64,000 nucleotides of DNA from positions 13,950,001 to 14,014,000 of the forward strand of contig OZ176052.1 of assembly GCA_964247055.1 (NCBI GenBank). The letters run 5' to 3'. This DNA is from Paragordius varius. Its lineage: Eukaryota > Animalia > Nematomorpha. The notes under the pieces were generated by a model that saw nothing but the letters and a program-made list of their open reading frames with translations, did not search any database and was not told the DNA's origin. Shown in pieces: positions 1-14,300 of the stretch. Made by a program: the position numbers and the translations under genes. How positions within the stretch are numbered: position 1 is the stretch's first letter; each line of letters begins with the position of its first letter.

Positions 1-3000
1 AAAAATTATGGCGACATCACCTGATCAAATTTGGATTTTAGGTAGCCATTTTTATTTTTAAAATCGTATAAAATAAATTTTTTAAATATTTAAAAAATTC
101 AAAAAAATTACATTTATACTCCGATCTCGAAAATATTTGGGGTGATGATGGAACTACCATAGGGCTAACCAAAAAAAATTATGGCGACATCACCTGATCA
201 AATTTGGATTTTAGGTAGCCATTTTTATTTTTAAAATCGTATAAAATAAATTTTTTAAATATTTAAAAAATTCATAAAAATTACATTTATACTCCGATCT
301 CGAAAATATTTGGGGTGATGATGGAACTACCATAGGGCTACCCAAAAAAAATTATAGTGACATCACCTGATCAAATTTGGATTTTAGGTAACCATTTTTA
401 TTTTTAATATCGTATAAAATAAATTTTTTAAATATTTAAAAAATTCATAAAAATTACATTTATACTCCGATCTCGAAAATATTTGGGTTGATGATGGAAT
501 TACCATAGGGCTACCCAAAAAAAATTATGGTGACATCACCTGATCAAATTTGGATTTTAGGGAGCCATTTTTATTTTTAAAATCGTATAAAATAAATTTT
601 TTAAATATTTAAAAAATTCAAAAAAATTACATTTATACTCCGATCTCGAAAATATTTGGGGTGATGATGGAACTACCATAGGGCTACCCAAAAAAATTAT
701 GGCGACATCACCTGATCAAATTTGGATTTTAGGTAGCCATTTTTATTTTTAAAATCGTATAAAATAAATTTTTTAAATGTTTAAAAAATTCATAAAAATT
801 ACATTTATAGTCCGATCCCCAAAATATTTGGGGTGATGATGGAATTACCATAGGGCTACCCAAAAAAAATTATGGTGACATCACCTGATCAAATTTGGAT
901 TTTAGGTAGCCATTTTTATTTTTAAAATCGTATAAAATAAATTTTTTAAATATTTAAAAAATTCATAAAAATTACATTTATAGTCCGATCCCCAAAATAT
1001 TTGAGGTGATGATGGAACAACCATAGGGCTACGCAAAAAAAATTATGGCGACATCACCTGATCAAATTTGGATTTTAGGTAGCCATTTTTATTTTTAAAA
1101 TCGTATAAAATAAATTTTTTAAATATTTAAAAAATTCAAAAAAATTACATTTATACTCCGATCTCGAAAATATTTGGGGTGATGATGGAATTACCATAGG
1201 GCTAACCAAAAAAAATTATGGCGACATCACCTGATCAAATTTGGATTTTAGGTAGCCATTTTTATTTTTAAAATCGTATAAAATAAATTTTTTAAATATT
1301 TAAAAAATTCATAAAAATTACATTTATACTCCGATCTCGAAAATATTTGGGGTGATGATGGAACTACCATAGGGCTACCCAAAAAAAATTATAGTGACAT
1401 CACCTGATCAAATTTGGATTTTAGGTAACCATTTTTATTTTTAATATCGTATAAAATAAATTTTTTAAATATTTAAAAAATTCATAAAAATTACATTTAT
1501 ACTCCGATCTCGAAAATATTTGGGTTGATGATGGAACTACCATAGGGCTACCCAAAAAAAATTATAGTGACATCACCTGATCAAATTTGGATTTTAGGTA
1601 GCCATTTTTATTTTTAAAATCGTATAAAATAAATTTTTTAAATATTTAAAAAATTCATAAAAATTACATTTATACTCCGATCTCGAAAATATTTGGGGTG
1701 ATGATGGAACTACCATAGGGCTACGCAAAAAAAATTATAGTGACATCACCTGATCAAATTTGGATTTTAGGTAGCCATTTTTATTTTTAAAATCGTATAA
1801 AATAAATTTTTTAAATATTTAAAAAATTCATAAAAATTACATTTATACTCCGATCTCAATATTTGGAGTGATGATGGAACTACCATAGGGCTACCCAAAA
1901 AAAATTATGGTGACATCACCTGATCAAATTTGGATTTTAGGTAGCCATTTTTATTTTTAAAATCGTATAAAATAAATTTTTTAAATATTTAAAAAATTCA
2001 TAAAAGTTACATTTATACTCCGATCTCGAAAATATTTGGGGTGATGATGGAACTACCATAGGGCTACCCAAAAAAAATTATGGTGACATCACCTGATCAA
2101 ATTTGGATTTTAGGTAGCCATTTTTATTTTTAAAATCGTATAAAATAAATTTTTTAAATATTTAAAAAATTCAAAAAAATTTCATTTATACTCCGATCTC
2201 GACAATATTTGGGGTGATGATGGAATTACCATAGGGCTACCCAAAAAAATTATGGTGACATCACCTGATCAAATTTGGATTTTAGGTAGCCATTTTTATT
2301 TTTAAAATCGTATAAAATAAATTTTTTAAATATTTAAAAAATTCATAAAAATTACATTTATACTCCGATCTCGAAAATATTTGGGGTGATGATGGAACTA
2401 CCATAGGGCTACCCAAAAAAAATTATGGCGACATCACCTGATCAAATTTGGATTTTAGGTAGCCATTTTTATTTTTAAAATCGTATAAAATAAATTTTTT
2501 AAATGTTTAAAAAATTCATAAAAATTACATTTATAGTCTGATCCCCAAAATATTTGGGGTGGTGCTGGAATTACCATAGGGCTACCCAAAAAAAATCATG
2601 GTGACATCACCTGATCAAATTTGGATTTTAGGTAGCCATTTTTATTTTTAAAATCGTATAAAATAAATTTTTTAAATATTTAAAAAATTCATAAAAATTA
2701 CATTTATAGTCCGATCCCCAAAATATTTGAGGTGATGATGGAACAACCATAGGGCTACGCAAAAAAAATTATGGCGACATCACCTGATCAAATTCGGATT
2801 TTAGGTAGCCATTTTTATTTTTAAAATCGTATAAAATAAATTTTTTAAATATTTAAAAAATTCAAAAAAATTACATTTATACTCCGATCTCGAAAATATT
2901 TGGGGTGATGATGGAACTACCATAGAGCTAACCAAAAAAAATTATGGCGACATCACCTGATCAAATTTGGATTTTAGGTAGCCATTTTTATTTTTAAAAT

Positions 3001-6000
3001 CGTATAAAATAAATTTTTTAAATATTTAAAAAATTCATAAAAATTACATTTATACTCCGATCTCGAAAATATTTGGGGTGATGATGGAACTACCATAGGG
3101 CTACCCAAAAAAAATTATAGTGACATCACCTGATCAAATTTGGATTTTAGGTAACCATTTTTATTTTTAATATCGTATAAAATAAATTTTTTAAATATTT
3201 AAAAAATTCATAAAAATTACATTTATACTCCGATCTCGAAAATATTTGGGTTGATGATGGAATTACCATAGGGCTACCCAAAAAAAATTATGGTGACATC
3301 ACCTGATCAAATTTGGATTTTAGGGAGCCATTTTTATTTTTAAAATCGTATAAAATAAATTTTTTAAATATTTAAAAAATTCAAAAAAATTACATTTATA
3401 CTCCGATCTCGAAAATATTTGGGGTGATGATGGAACTACCATAGGGCTACCCAAAAAAATTATGGCGACATCACCTGATCAAATTTGGATTTTAGGTAGC
3501 CATTTTTATTTTTAAAATCGTAAAAAATAAATTTTTTGAATGTTTAAAAAATTCATAAAAATTACATTTATAGTCCGATCCCCAAAATATTTGGGGTGAT
3601 GATGGAATTACCATAGGGCTACCCAAAAAAAATTATGGTGACATCACCTGATCAAATTTGGATTTTAGGTAGCCATTTTTATTTTTAAAATCGTATAAAA
3701 TAAATTTTTTAAATATTTAAAAAATTCATAAAAATTACATTTATAGTCCGATCCCCAAAATATTTGAGGTGATGATGGAACAACCATAGGGCTACGCAAA
3801 AAAATTATGGCGACATCACCTGATCAAATTTGGATTTTAGGTAGCCATTTTTATTTTTAAAATCGTATAAAATAAATTTTTTAAATATTTAAAAAATTCA
3901 AAAAAATTACATTTATACTCCGATCTCGAAAATATTTGGGGTGATGATGGAATACCATAGGGCTACCCAAAAAAAATTATAGTGACATCACCTGATCAAA
4001 TTTGGATTTTAGGTAGCCATTTTTATTTTTAAAATCGTATAAAATAAATTTTTTAAATATTTAAAAAATTCATAAAAGTTACATTTATACTCCGATCTCG
4101 AAAATATTTGGGGTGATGATGGAACTACCATAGGGCTACCCAAAAAAAATTATGGTGACATCACCTGATCAAATTTGGATTTTAGGTAGCCATTTTTATT
4201 TTTAAAATCGTATAAAATAAATTTTTTAAATATTTAAAAAATTCAAAAAAATTTCATTTATACTCCGATCTCGACAATATTTGGGGTGATGATGGAATTA
4301 CCATAGGGCTACCCAAAAAAATTATGGTGACATCACCTGATCAAATTTGGATTTTAGGTAGCCATTTTTATTTTTAAAATCGTATAAAATAAATTTTTTA
4401 AATATTTAAAAAATTCATAAAAATTACATTTATACTCCGATCTCGAAAATATTTGGGGTGATGATGGAACTACCATAGGGCTACCCAAAAAAAATTATGG
4501 CGACATCACCTGATCAAATTTGGATTTTAGGTAGCCATTTTTATTTTTAAAATCGTATAAAATAAATTTTTTAAATGTTTAAAAAATTCATAAAAATTAC
4601 ATTTATACTCCGATCTCGAAAATATTTGGGGTGATGATGGAACTACCATAGGGCTACCCAAAAAAAATTATGGCGACATCACCTGATCAAATTTGGATTT
4701 TAGGTAGCCATTTTTATTTTTAAAATCGTATAAAATAAATTTTTTAAATGTTTAAAAAATTCATAAAAATTACATTTATAGTCCGATCCCCAAAATATTT
4801 GAGGTGATGATGGAACAACCATAGGGCTACGCAAAAAAAATTATGGCGACATCACCTGATCAAATTTGGATTTTAGGTAGCCATTTTTATTTTTAAAATC
4901 GTATAAAATAAATTTTTTAAATATTTAAAAAATTCAAAAAAATTACATTTATACTCCGATCCCCAAAATATTTGAGGTGATGATGGAACAACCATAGGGC
5001 TAACCAAAAAAAATTATGGCGACATCACCTGATCAAATTTGGATTTTAGGTAGCCATTTTTATTTTTAAAATCGTATAAAATAAATTTTTTAAATATTTA
5101 AAAAATTCATAAAAATTACATTTATACTCCGATCTCGAAAATATTTGGGGTGATGATGGAACTACCATAGGGCTACCCAAAAAAAATTATAGTGACATCA
5201 CCTGATCAAATTTGGATTTTAGGTAACCATTTTTATTTTTAATATCGTATAAAATAAATTTTTTAAATATTTAAAAAATTCATAAAAATTACATTTATAC
5301 TCCGATCTCGAAAATATTTGGGGTGATGATGGAACTACCATAGGGCTACGCAAAAAAAATTATAGTGACATCACCTGATCAAATTTGGATTTTAGGTAGC
5401 CATTTTTATTTTTAAAATCGTATAAAATAAATTTTTTAAATATTTAAAAAATTCATAAAAATTACATTTATACTCCGATCTCGAAAATATTTGGGGTGAT
5501 GATGGAACTACCATAGGGCTACCCAAAAAAAATTATGGTGACATCACCTGATCAAATTTGGATTTTAGGTAGCCATTTTTATTTTTAAAATCGTATAAAA
5601 TAAATTTTTTAAATATTTAAAAAATTCATAAAAGTTACATTTATACTCCGATCTCGAAAATATTTGGGGTGATGATGGAACTACCATAGGGCTACCCAAA
5701 AAAAATTATGGTGACATCACCTGATCAAATTTGGATTTTAGGTAGCCATTTTTATTTTTAAAATCGTATAAAATAAATTTTTTAAATATTTAAAAAATTC
5801 AAAAAAATTTCATTTATACTCCGATCTCGACAATATTTGGGGTGATGATGGAATTACCATAGGGCTACCCAAAAAAATTATGGTGACATCACCTGATCAA
5901 ATTTGGATTTTAGGTAGTCATTTTTATTTTTAAAATCGTATAAAATAAATTTTTTAAATATTTAAAAAATTTATAAAAATTACATTTATACTCCGATCTC

Positions 6001-8399
6001 GAAAATATTTGGGGTGATGATGGAACTACCATAGGGCTACCCAAAAAAAATTATAGTGACATCACCTGATCAAATTTGGATTTTAGGTAACCATTTTTAT
6101 TTTTAAAATCGTATAAAATAAATTTTTTAAATATTTAAAAAATTCAAAAAAATTACATTTATACTCCGATCTCGAAAATATTTGGGGTGATGATGGAACT
6201 ACCATAGGGCTAACCAAAAAAAATTATGGTGACATCACCTGATCAAATTTGGATTTTAGGTAGCCATTTTTATTTTTAAAATCGTATAAAATAAATTTTT
6301 TAAATATTTAAAAAATTCATAAAAGTTACATTTATACTCCGATCTCGAAAATATTTGGGGTGATGATGGAACTACCATAGGGCTACCCAAAAAAAATTAT
6401 GGTGACATCACCTGATCAAATTTGGATTTTAGGTAGCCATTTTTATTTTTAAAATCGTATAAAATAAATTTTTTAAATATTTAAAAAATTCAAAAAAATT
6501 ACATTTATACTCCGATCTCGAAAATATTTGGGGTGATGATGGAACTACCATAGGGCTACCCAAAAAAAATTATAGTGACATCACCTGATCAAATTTGGAT
6601 TTTAGGGAGCCATTTTTATTTTTAATATCGTATAAAATAAATTTTTTAAATATTTAAAAAATTCATAAAAATTACATTTATACTCCGATCTCGAAAATAT
6701 TTGGGTTGATGATGGAATTACCATAGGGCTACCCAAAAAAAATTATGGTGACATCACCTGATCAAATTTGGATTTTAGGGAGCCATTTTTATTTTTAAAA
6801 TCGTATAAAATAAATTTTTTAAATATTTAAAAAATTCAAAAAAATTACATTTATACTCCGATCTCGAAAATATTTGGGGTGATGATGGAACTACCATAGG
6901 GCTACCCAAAAAAATTATGGCGACATCACCTGATCAAATTTGGATTTTAGGTAGCCATTTTTATTTTTAAAATCGTATAAAATAAATTTTTTAAATATTT
7001 AAAAAATTCATAAAAGTTACATTTATACTCCGATCTCGAAAATATTTGGGGTGATGATGGAACTACCATAGGGCTACCCAAAAAAAATTATGGTGACATC
7101 ACCTGATCAAATTTGGATTTTAGGTAGCCATTTTTATTTTTAAAATCGTATAAAATAAATTTTTTAAATATTTAAAAAATTCAAAAAAATTTCATTTATA
7201 CTCCGATCTCGACAATATTTGGGGTGATGATGGAATTACCATAGGGCTACCCAAAAAAATTATGGTGACATCACCTGATCAAATTTGGATTTTAGGTAGT
7301 CATTTTTATTTTTAAAATCGTATAAAATAAATTTTTTAAATATTTAAAAAATTTATAAAAATTACATTTATACTCCGATCTCGAAAATATTTGGGGTGAT
7401 GATGGAACTACCATAGGGCTACCCAAAAAAAATTATAGTGACATCACCTGATCAAATTTGGATTTTAGGTAACCATTTTTATTTTTAAAATCGTATAAAA
7501 TAAATTTTTTAAATATTTAAAAAATTCAAAAAAATTACATTTATACTCCGATCTCGAAAATATTTGGGGTGATGATGGAACTACCATAGGGCTAACCAAA
7601 AAAAATTATGGCGACATCACCTGATCAAATTTGGATTTTAGGTAGCCATTTTTATTTTTAAAATCGTATAAAATAAATTTTTTGAATATTTAAAAAATTC
7701 ATAAAAATTACATTTATACTCCGATCTCGAAAATATTTGGGGTGATGATGGAACTACCATAGGGCTACCCAAAAAAAATTATAGTGACATCACCTGATCA
7801 AATTTGGATTTTAGGTAACCATTTTTATTTTTAATATCGTATAAAATAAATTTTTTAAATGTTTAAAAAATTCATAAAAATTACATTTATAGTCTGATCC
7901 CCAAAATATTTGGGGTGATGATGGAATTACCATAGGGCTACCCAAAAAAAATTATGGTGACATCACCTGATCAAATTTGGATTTTAGGGAGCCATTTTTA
8001 TTTTTAAAATCGTATAAAATAAATTTTTTAAATATTTAAAAAATTCATAAAAATTACATTTATAGTCCGATCCCCAAAATATTTGAGGTGATGATGGAAC
8101 AACCATAGGGCTACCCAAAAAAATTATGGCGACATCACCTGATCAAATTTGGATTTTAGGTAGCCATTTTTATTTTTAAAATCGTATAAAATAAATTTTT
8201 TAAATATTTAAAAAATTCATAAAAATTACATTTATACTCCGATCTCGAAAATATTTGGGGTGATGATGGAACTACCATAGGGCTACCCAAAAAAAATTAT
8301 AGTGACATCACCTGATCAAATTTGGATTTTAGGTAACCATTTTTATTTTTAATATCGTATAAAATAAATTTTTTAAATATTTAAAAAATTCATAAAAAT

Positions 8400-11300
8400 T
8401 ACATTTATACTCCGATCTCAATATTTGGAGTGATGATGGAACTACCATAGGGCTACCCAAAAAAAATTATAGTGACATCACCTGATCAAATTTGGATTTT
8501 AGGTAGTCATTTTTATTTTTAAAATCGTATAAAATAAATTTTTTAAATATTTAAAAAATTCATAAAAGTTACATTTATACTCCGATCTCGAAAATATTTG
8601 GGGTGATGATGGAACTACCATAGGGCTACCCAAAAAAAATTATAGTGACATCACCTGATCAAATTTGGATTTTAGGTAGCCATTTTTATTTTTAAAATCG
8701 TATAAAATAAATTTTTTAAATATTTAAAAAATTCAAAAAAATTTCATTTATACTCCGATCTCGACAATATTTGGGGTGATGATGGAATTACCATAGGGCT
8801 ACCCAAAAAAATTATGGTGACATCACCTGATCAAATTTGGATTTTAGGTAGTCATTTTTATTTTTAAAATCGTATAAAATAAATTTTTTAAATATTTAAA
8901 AAATTCATAAAAATTACATTTATACTCCGATCTCGAAAATATTTGGGGTGATGATGGAACTACCATAGGGCTACCCAAAAAAATTATGGTGACATCACCT
9001 GATCAAATTTGGATTTTAGGTAGCCATTTTTATTTTTAAAATCGTATAAAATAAATTTTTTAAATATTTAAAAAATTCATAAAAATTACATTTATAGTCC
9101 GATCCCCAAAATATTTGGGGTGATGATGGAACTACCATAGGGCTACCCAAAAAAAATTATGGCGACATCACCTGATCAAATTTGGATTTTAGGTAGCCAT
9201 TTTTATTTTTATAATCGTATAAAATAAATTTTTTAAATGTTTAAAAAATTCATAAAAATTACATTTATACTCCGATCTCGAAAATATTTGGGGTGATAAT
9301 GGAACTACCATAGGGCTACCCAAAATAAATTATAGTGACATCACCTGATCAAATTTGGATTTTAGGTAGCCATTTTTATTTTTAAAATCGTATAAAATAA
9401 ATTTTTTAAATATTTAAAAAATTCATAAAAATTACATTTATACTCCGATCTCGACAATATTTGGGGTGATGATGGAACTACCATAGGGCTACCCAAAAAA
9501 AATTATAGTGACATCACCTGATCAAATTTGGATTTTAGGTAGCGATTTTTATTTTTAAAATCGTATAAAATAAATTTTTTAAATATTTAAAAAATTCATA
9601 AAAATTACATTTATACTCCGATCTCGAAAATATTTGGGGTGATGATGGAACTACCATAGCGCTACCCAAAAAAAATTATAGTGACATCACCTGATCAAAT
9701 TTGGATTTTAGGTAGCCATAATTATCTAAAACTCGTATAAAATAATTTTTTTAAATATTTAAAAAATTCATAAAAATTACATTTATAGTCCGATCCCCAA
9801 AATATTTGGGGTGATGATGGAACTACCATAGGGCTACCCAAAAAAAATTATAGTGACATCACCTGATCAAATTTGGATTTTAGGTACCCATTTTTATTTT
9901 TAAAATCGTATAAAATAAATTTTTTAAATATTTAAAAAATTCATAAAAATTACATTTATACTCCGATCTCGACAATATTTGGGGTGATGATGGAACTACC
10001 ATAGGGCTACCCAAAAAAAATTATAGTGACATCACCTGATCAAATTTGGATTTTAGGTAGTCATTTTTATTTTTAAAATCGTATAAAATAAATTTTTTAA
10101 ATATTTAAAAAATTCATAAAAATTACATTTATACTCCGATCTCGAAAATATTTGGGGTGATGATGGAACTACCATAGGGCTACCCAAAAAAAATTATAGT
10201 GACATCACCTGATCAAATTTGGATTTTAGGTAACCATTTTTATTTTTAAAATCGTATAAAATAAATTTTTTAAATATTTAAAAAATTCATAAAAATTACA
10301 TTTATAGTCCGATCCCCAAAATATTTGGGGTGATGATGGAACTACCATAGGGCTACCCAAAAAAAATTATAGTGACATCACCTGATCAAATTTGGATTTT
10401 AGGTAGCCATTTTTATTTTTATAATCGTATAAAATAAATTTTTTAAATATTTAAAAAATTCATAAAAATTACATTTATACTCCGATCTCGAAAATATTTG
10501 GGGTGATAATGGAACTACCATAGGGCTACCCAAAATAAATTATAGTGACATCACCTGATCAAATTTGGATTTTAGGTAGCCATTTTTATTTTTAAAATCG
10601 TATAAAATAAATTTTTTAAATATTTAAAAAATTCATAAAAATTACATTTATACTCCGATCTCGACAATATTTGGGGTGATGATGGAACTACCATAGGGCT
10701 ACCCAAAAAAAATTATAGTGACATCACCTGATCAAATTTGGATTTTAGGTAGCGATTTTTATTTTTAAAATCGTATAAAATAAATTTTTTAAATATTTAA
10801 AAAATTCATAAAAATTACATTTATACTCCGATCTCGAAAATATTTGGGGTGATGATGGAACTACCATAGCGCTACCCAAAAAAAATTATAGTGACATCAC
10901 CTGATCAAATTTGGATTTTAGGTAGCCATAATTATCTAAAACTCGTATAAAATAATTTTTTTAAATATTTAAAAAATTCATAAAAATTACATTTATAGTC
11001 CGATCCCCAAAATATTTGGGGTGATGATGGAACTACCATAGGGCTACCCAAAAAAATTATGGTGACATCACCTGATCAAATTTGGATTTTAGGTAGCCAT
11101 TTTTATTTTTAAAATCGTATAAAATAAATTTTTTAAATATTTAAAAAATTCATAAAAGTTACATTTATACTCCGATCTCGAAAATATTTGAGGTGATGAT
11201 GGAACAACCATAGGGCTACCCAAAAAAATTATGGCGACATCACCTGATCAAATTTGGATTTTAGGTAGCCATTTTTATTTTTAAAATCGTATAAAATAAA

Positions 11301-14300
11301 TTTTTTAAATATTTAAAAAATTCATAAAAATTACATTTATAGTCTGATCCCCAAAATATTTGGGGTGATGATGGAATTACCATAGGGCTACCCAAAAAAA
11401 ATTATGGTGACATCACCTGATCAAATTTGGATTTTAGGGAGCCATTTTTATTTTTAAAATCGTATAAAATAAATTTTTTAAATATTTAAAAAATTCATAA
11501 AAATTACATTTATAGTCCGATCCCCAAAATATTTGAGGTGATGATGGAACAACCATAGGGCTACCCAAAAAAATTATGGCGACATCACCTGATCAAATTT
11601 GGATTTTAGGTAGCCATTTTTATTTTTAAAATCGTATAAAATAAATTTTTTAAATATTTAAAAAATTCATAAAAATTACATTTATACTCCGATCTCGAAA
11701 ATATTTGGGGTGATGATGGAACTACCATAGGGCTACCCAAAAAAAATTATAGTGACATCACCTGATCAAATTTGGATTTTAGGTAACCATTTTTATTTTT
11801 AATATCGTATAAAATAAATTTTTTAAATATTTAAAAAATTCATAAAAATTACATTTATACTCCGATCTCAATATTTGGAGTGATGATGGAACTACCATAG
11901 GGCTACCCAAAAAAAATTATAGTGACATCACCTGATCAAATTTGGATTTTAGGTAGTCATTTTTATTTTTAAAATCGTATAAAATAAATTTTTTAAATAT
12001 TTAAAAAATTCATAAAAGTTACATTTATACTCCGATCTCGAAAATATTTGGGGTGATGATGGAACTACCATAGGGCTACCCAAAAAAAATTATAGTGACA
12101 TCACCTGATCAAATTTGGATTTTAGGTAGCCATTTTTATTTTTAAAATCGTATAAAATAAATTTTTTAAATATTTAAAAAATTCATAAAAATTACATTTA
12201 TAGTCCGATCCCCAAAATATTTGGGGTGATGATGGAACTACCATAGGGCTACCCAAAAAAAATTATGGCGACATCACCTGATCAAATTTGGATTTTAGGT
12301 AGCCATTTTTATTTTTATAATCGTATAAAATAAATTTTTTAAATGTTTAAAAAATTCATAAAAATTACATTTATACTCCGATCTCGAAAATATTTGGGGT
12401 GATAATGGAACTACCATAGGGCTACCCAAAATAAATTATAGTGACATCACCTGATCAAATTTGGATTTTAGGTAGCCATTTTTATTTTTAAAATCGTATA
12501 AAATAAATTTTTTAAATATTTAAAAAATTCATAAAAATTACATTTATACTCCGATCTCGACAATATTTGGGGTGATGATGGAACTACCATAGGGCTACCC
12601 AAAAAAAATTATAGTGACATCACCTGATCAAATTTGGATTTTAGGTAGCGATTTTTATTTTTAAAATCGTATAAAATAAATTTTTTAAATATTTAAAAAA
12701 TTCATAAAAATTACATTTATACTCCGATCTCGAAAATATTTGGGGTGATGATGGAACTACCATAGCGCTACCCAAAAAAAATTATAGTGACATCACCTGA
12801 TCAAATTTGGATTTTAGGTAGCCATAATTATCTAAAACTCGTATAAAATAATTTTTTTAAATATTTAAAAAATTCATAAAAATTACATTTATAGTCCGAT
12901 CCCCAAAATATTTGGGGTGATGATGGAACTACCATAGGGCTACCCAAAAAAAATTATAGTGACATCACCTGATCAAATTTGGATTTTAGGTACCCATTTT
13001 TATTTTTAAAATCGTATAAAATAAATTTTTTAAATATTTAAAAAATTCATAAAAATTACATTTATACTCCGATCTCGACAATATTTGGGGTGATGATGGA
13101 ACTACCATAGGGCTACCCAAAAAAAATTATAGTGACATCACCTGATCAAATTTGGATTTTAGGTAGTCATTTTTATTTTTAAAATCGTATAAAATAAATT
13201 TTTTAAATATTTAAAAAATTCATAAAAATTACATTTATACTCCGATCTCGAAAATATTTGGGGTGATGATGGAACTACCATAGGGCTACCCAAAAAAAAT
13301 TATAGTGACATCACCTGATCAAATTTGGATTTTAGGTAACCATTTTTATTTTTAAAATCGTATAAAATAAATTTTTTAAATATTTAAAAAATTCATAAAA
13401 ATTACATTTATAGTCCGATCCCCAAAATATTTGGGGTGATGATGGAACTACCATAGGGCTACCCAAAAAAAATTATAGTGACATCACCTGATCAAATTTG
13501 GATTTTAGGTAGCCATTTTTATTTTTATAATCGTATAAAATAAATTTTTTAAATATTTAAAAAATTCATAAAAATTACATTTATACTCCGATCTCGAAAA
13601 TATTTGGGGTGATAATGGAACTACCATAGGGCTACCCAAAATAAATTATAGTGACATCACCTGATCAAATTTGGATTTTAGGTAGCCATTTTTATTTTTA
13701 AAATCGTATAAAATAAATTTTTTAAATATTTAAAAAATTCATAAAAATTACATTTATACTCCGATCTCGACAATATTTGGGGTGATGATGGAACTACCAT
13801 AGGGCTACCCAAAAAAAATTATAGTGACATCACCTGATCAAATTTGGATTTTAGGTAGCGATTTTTATTTTTAAAATCGTATAAAATAAATTTTTTAAAT
13901 ATTTAAAAAATTCATAAAAATTACATTTATACTCCGATCTCGAAAATATTTGGGGTGATGATGGAACTACCATAGCGCTACCCAAAAAAAATTATAGTGA
14001 CATCACCTGATCAAATTTGGATTTTAGGTAGCCATAATTATCTAAAACTCGTATAAAATAATTTTTTTAAATATTTAAAAAATTCATAAAAATTACATTT
14101 ATAGTCCGATCCCCAAAATATTTGGGGTGATGATGGAACTACCATAGGGCTACCCAAAAAAATTATGGTGACATCACCTGATCAAATTTGGATTTTAGGT
14201 AGCCATTTTTATTTTTAAAATCGTATAAAATAAATTTTTTAAATATTTAAAAAATTCATAAAAGTTACATTTATACTCCGATCTCGAAAATATTTGAGGT

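Noticed and set aside
182-188. PBS-like TGGCGAC within the satellite, suggesting an LTR-element origin
   Set aside because: Only 7 nt, only one of three alleles at that site, and no other retroelement features.
190-290. Budding-yeast CDEI/CDEII-like layout (ATCACCTG followed by a >90% AT tract)
   Set aside because: ATCACCTG mismatches RTCACRTG, there is no CDEIII, and point centromeres are not tandem arrays. Analogy only.
291-307. CENP-B-box-like motif (tccg atct cgaa)
   Set aside because: The CENP-B box reverse complement needs CCCG-N7-CGAA; here the spacing is 4 and the first block is TCCG.
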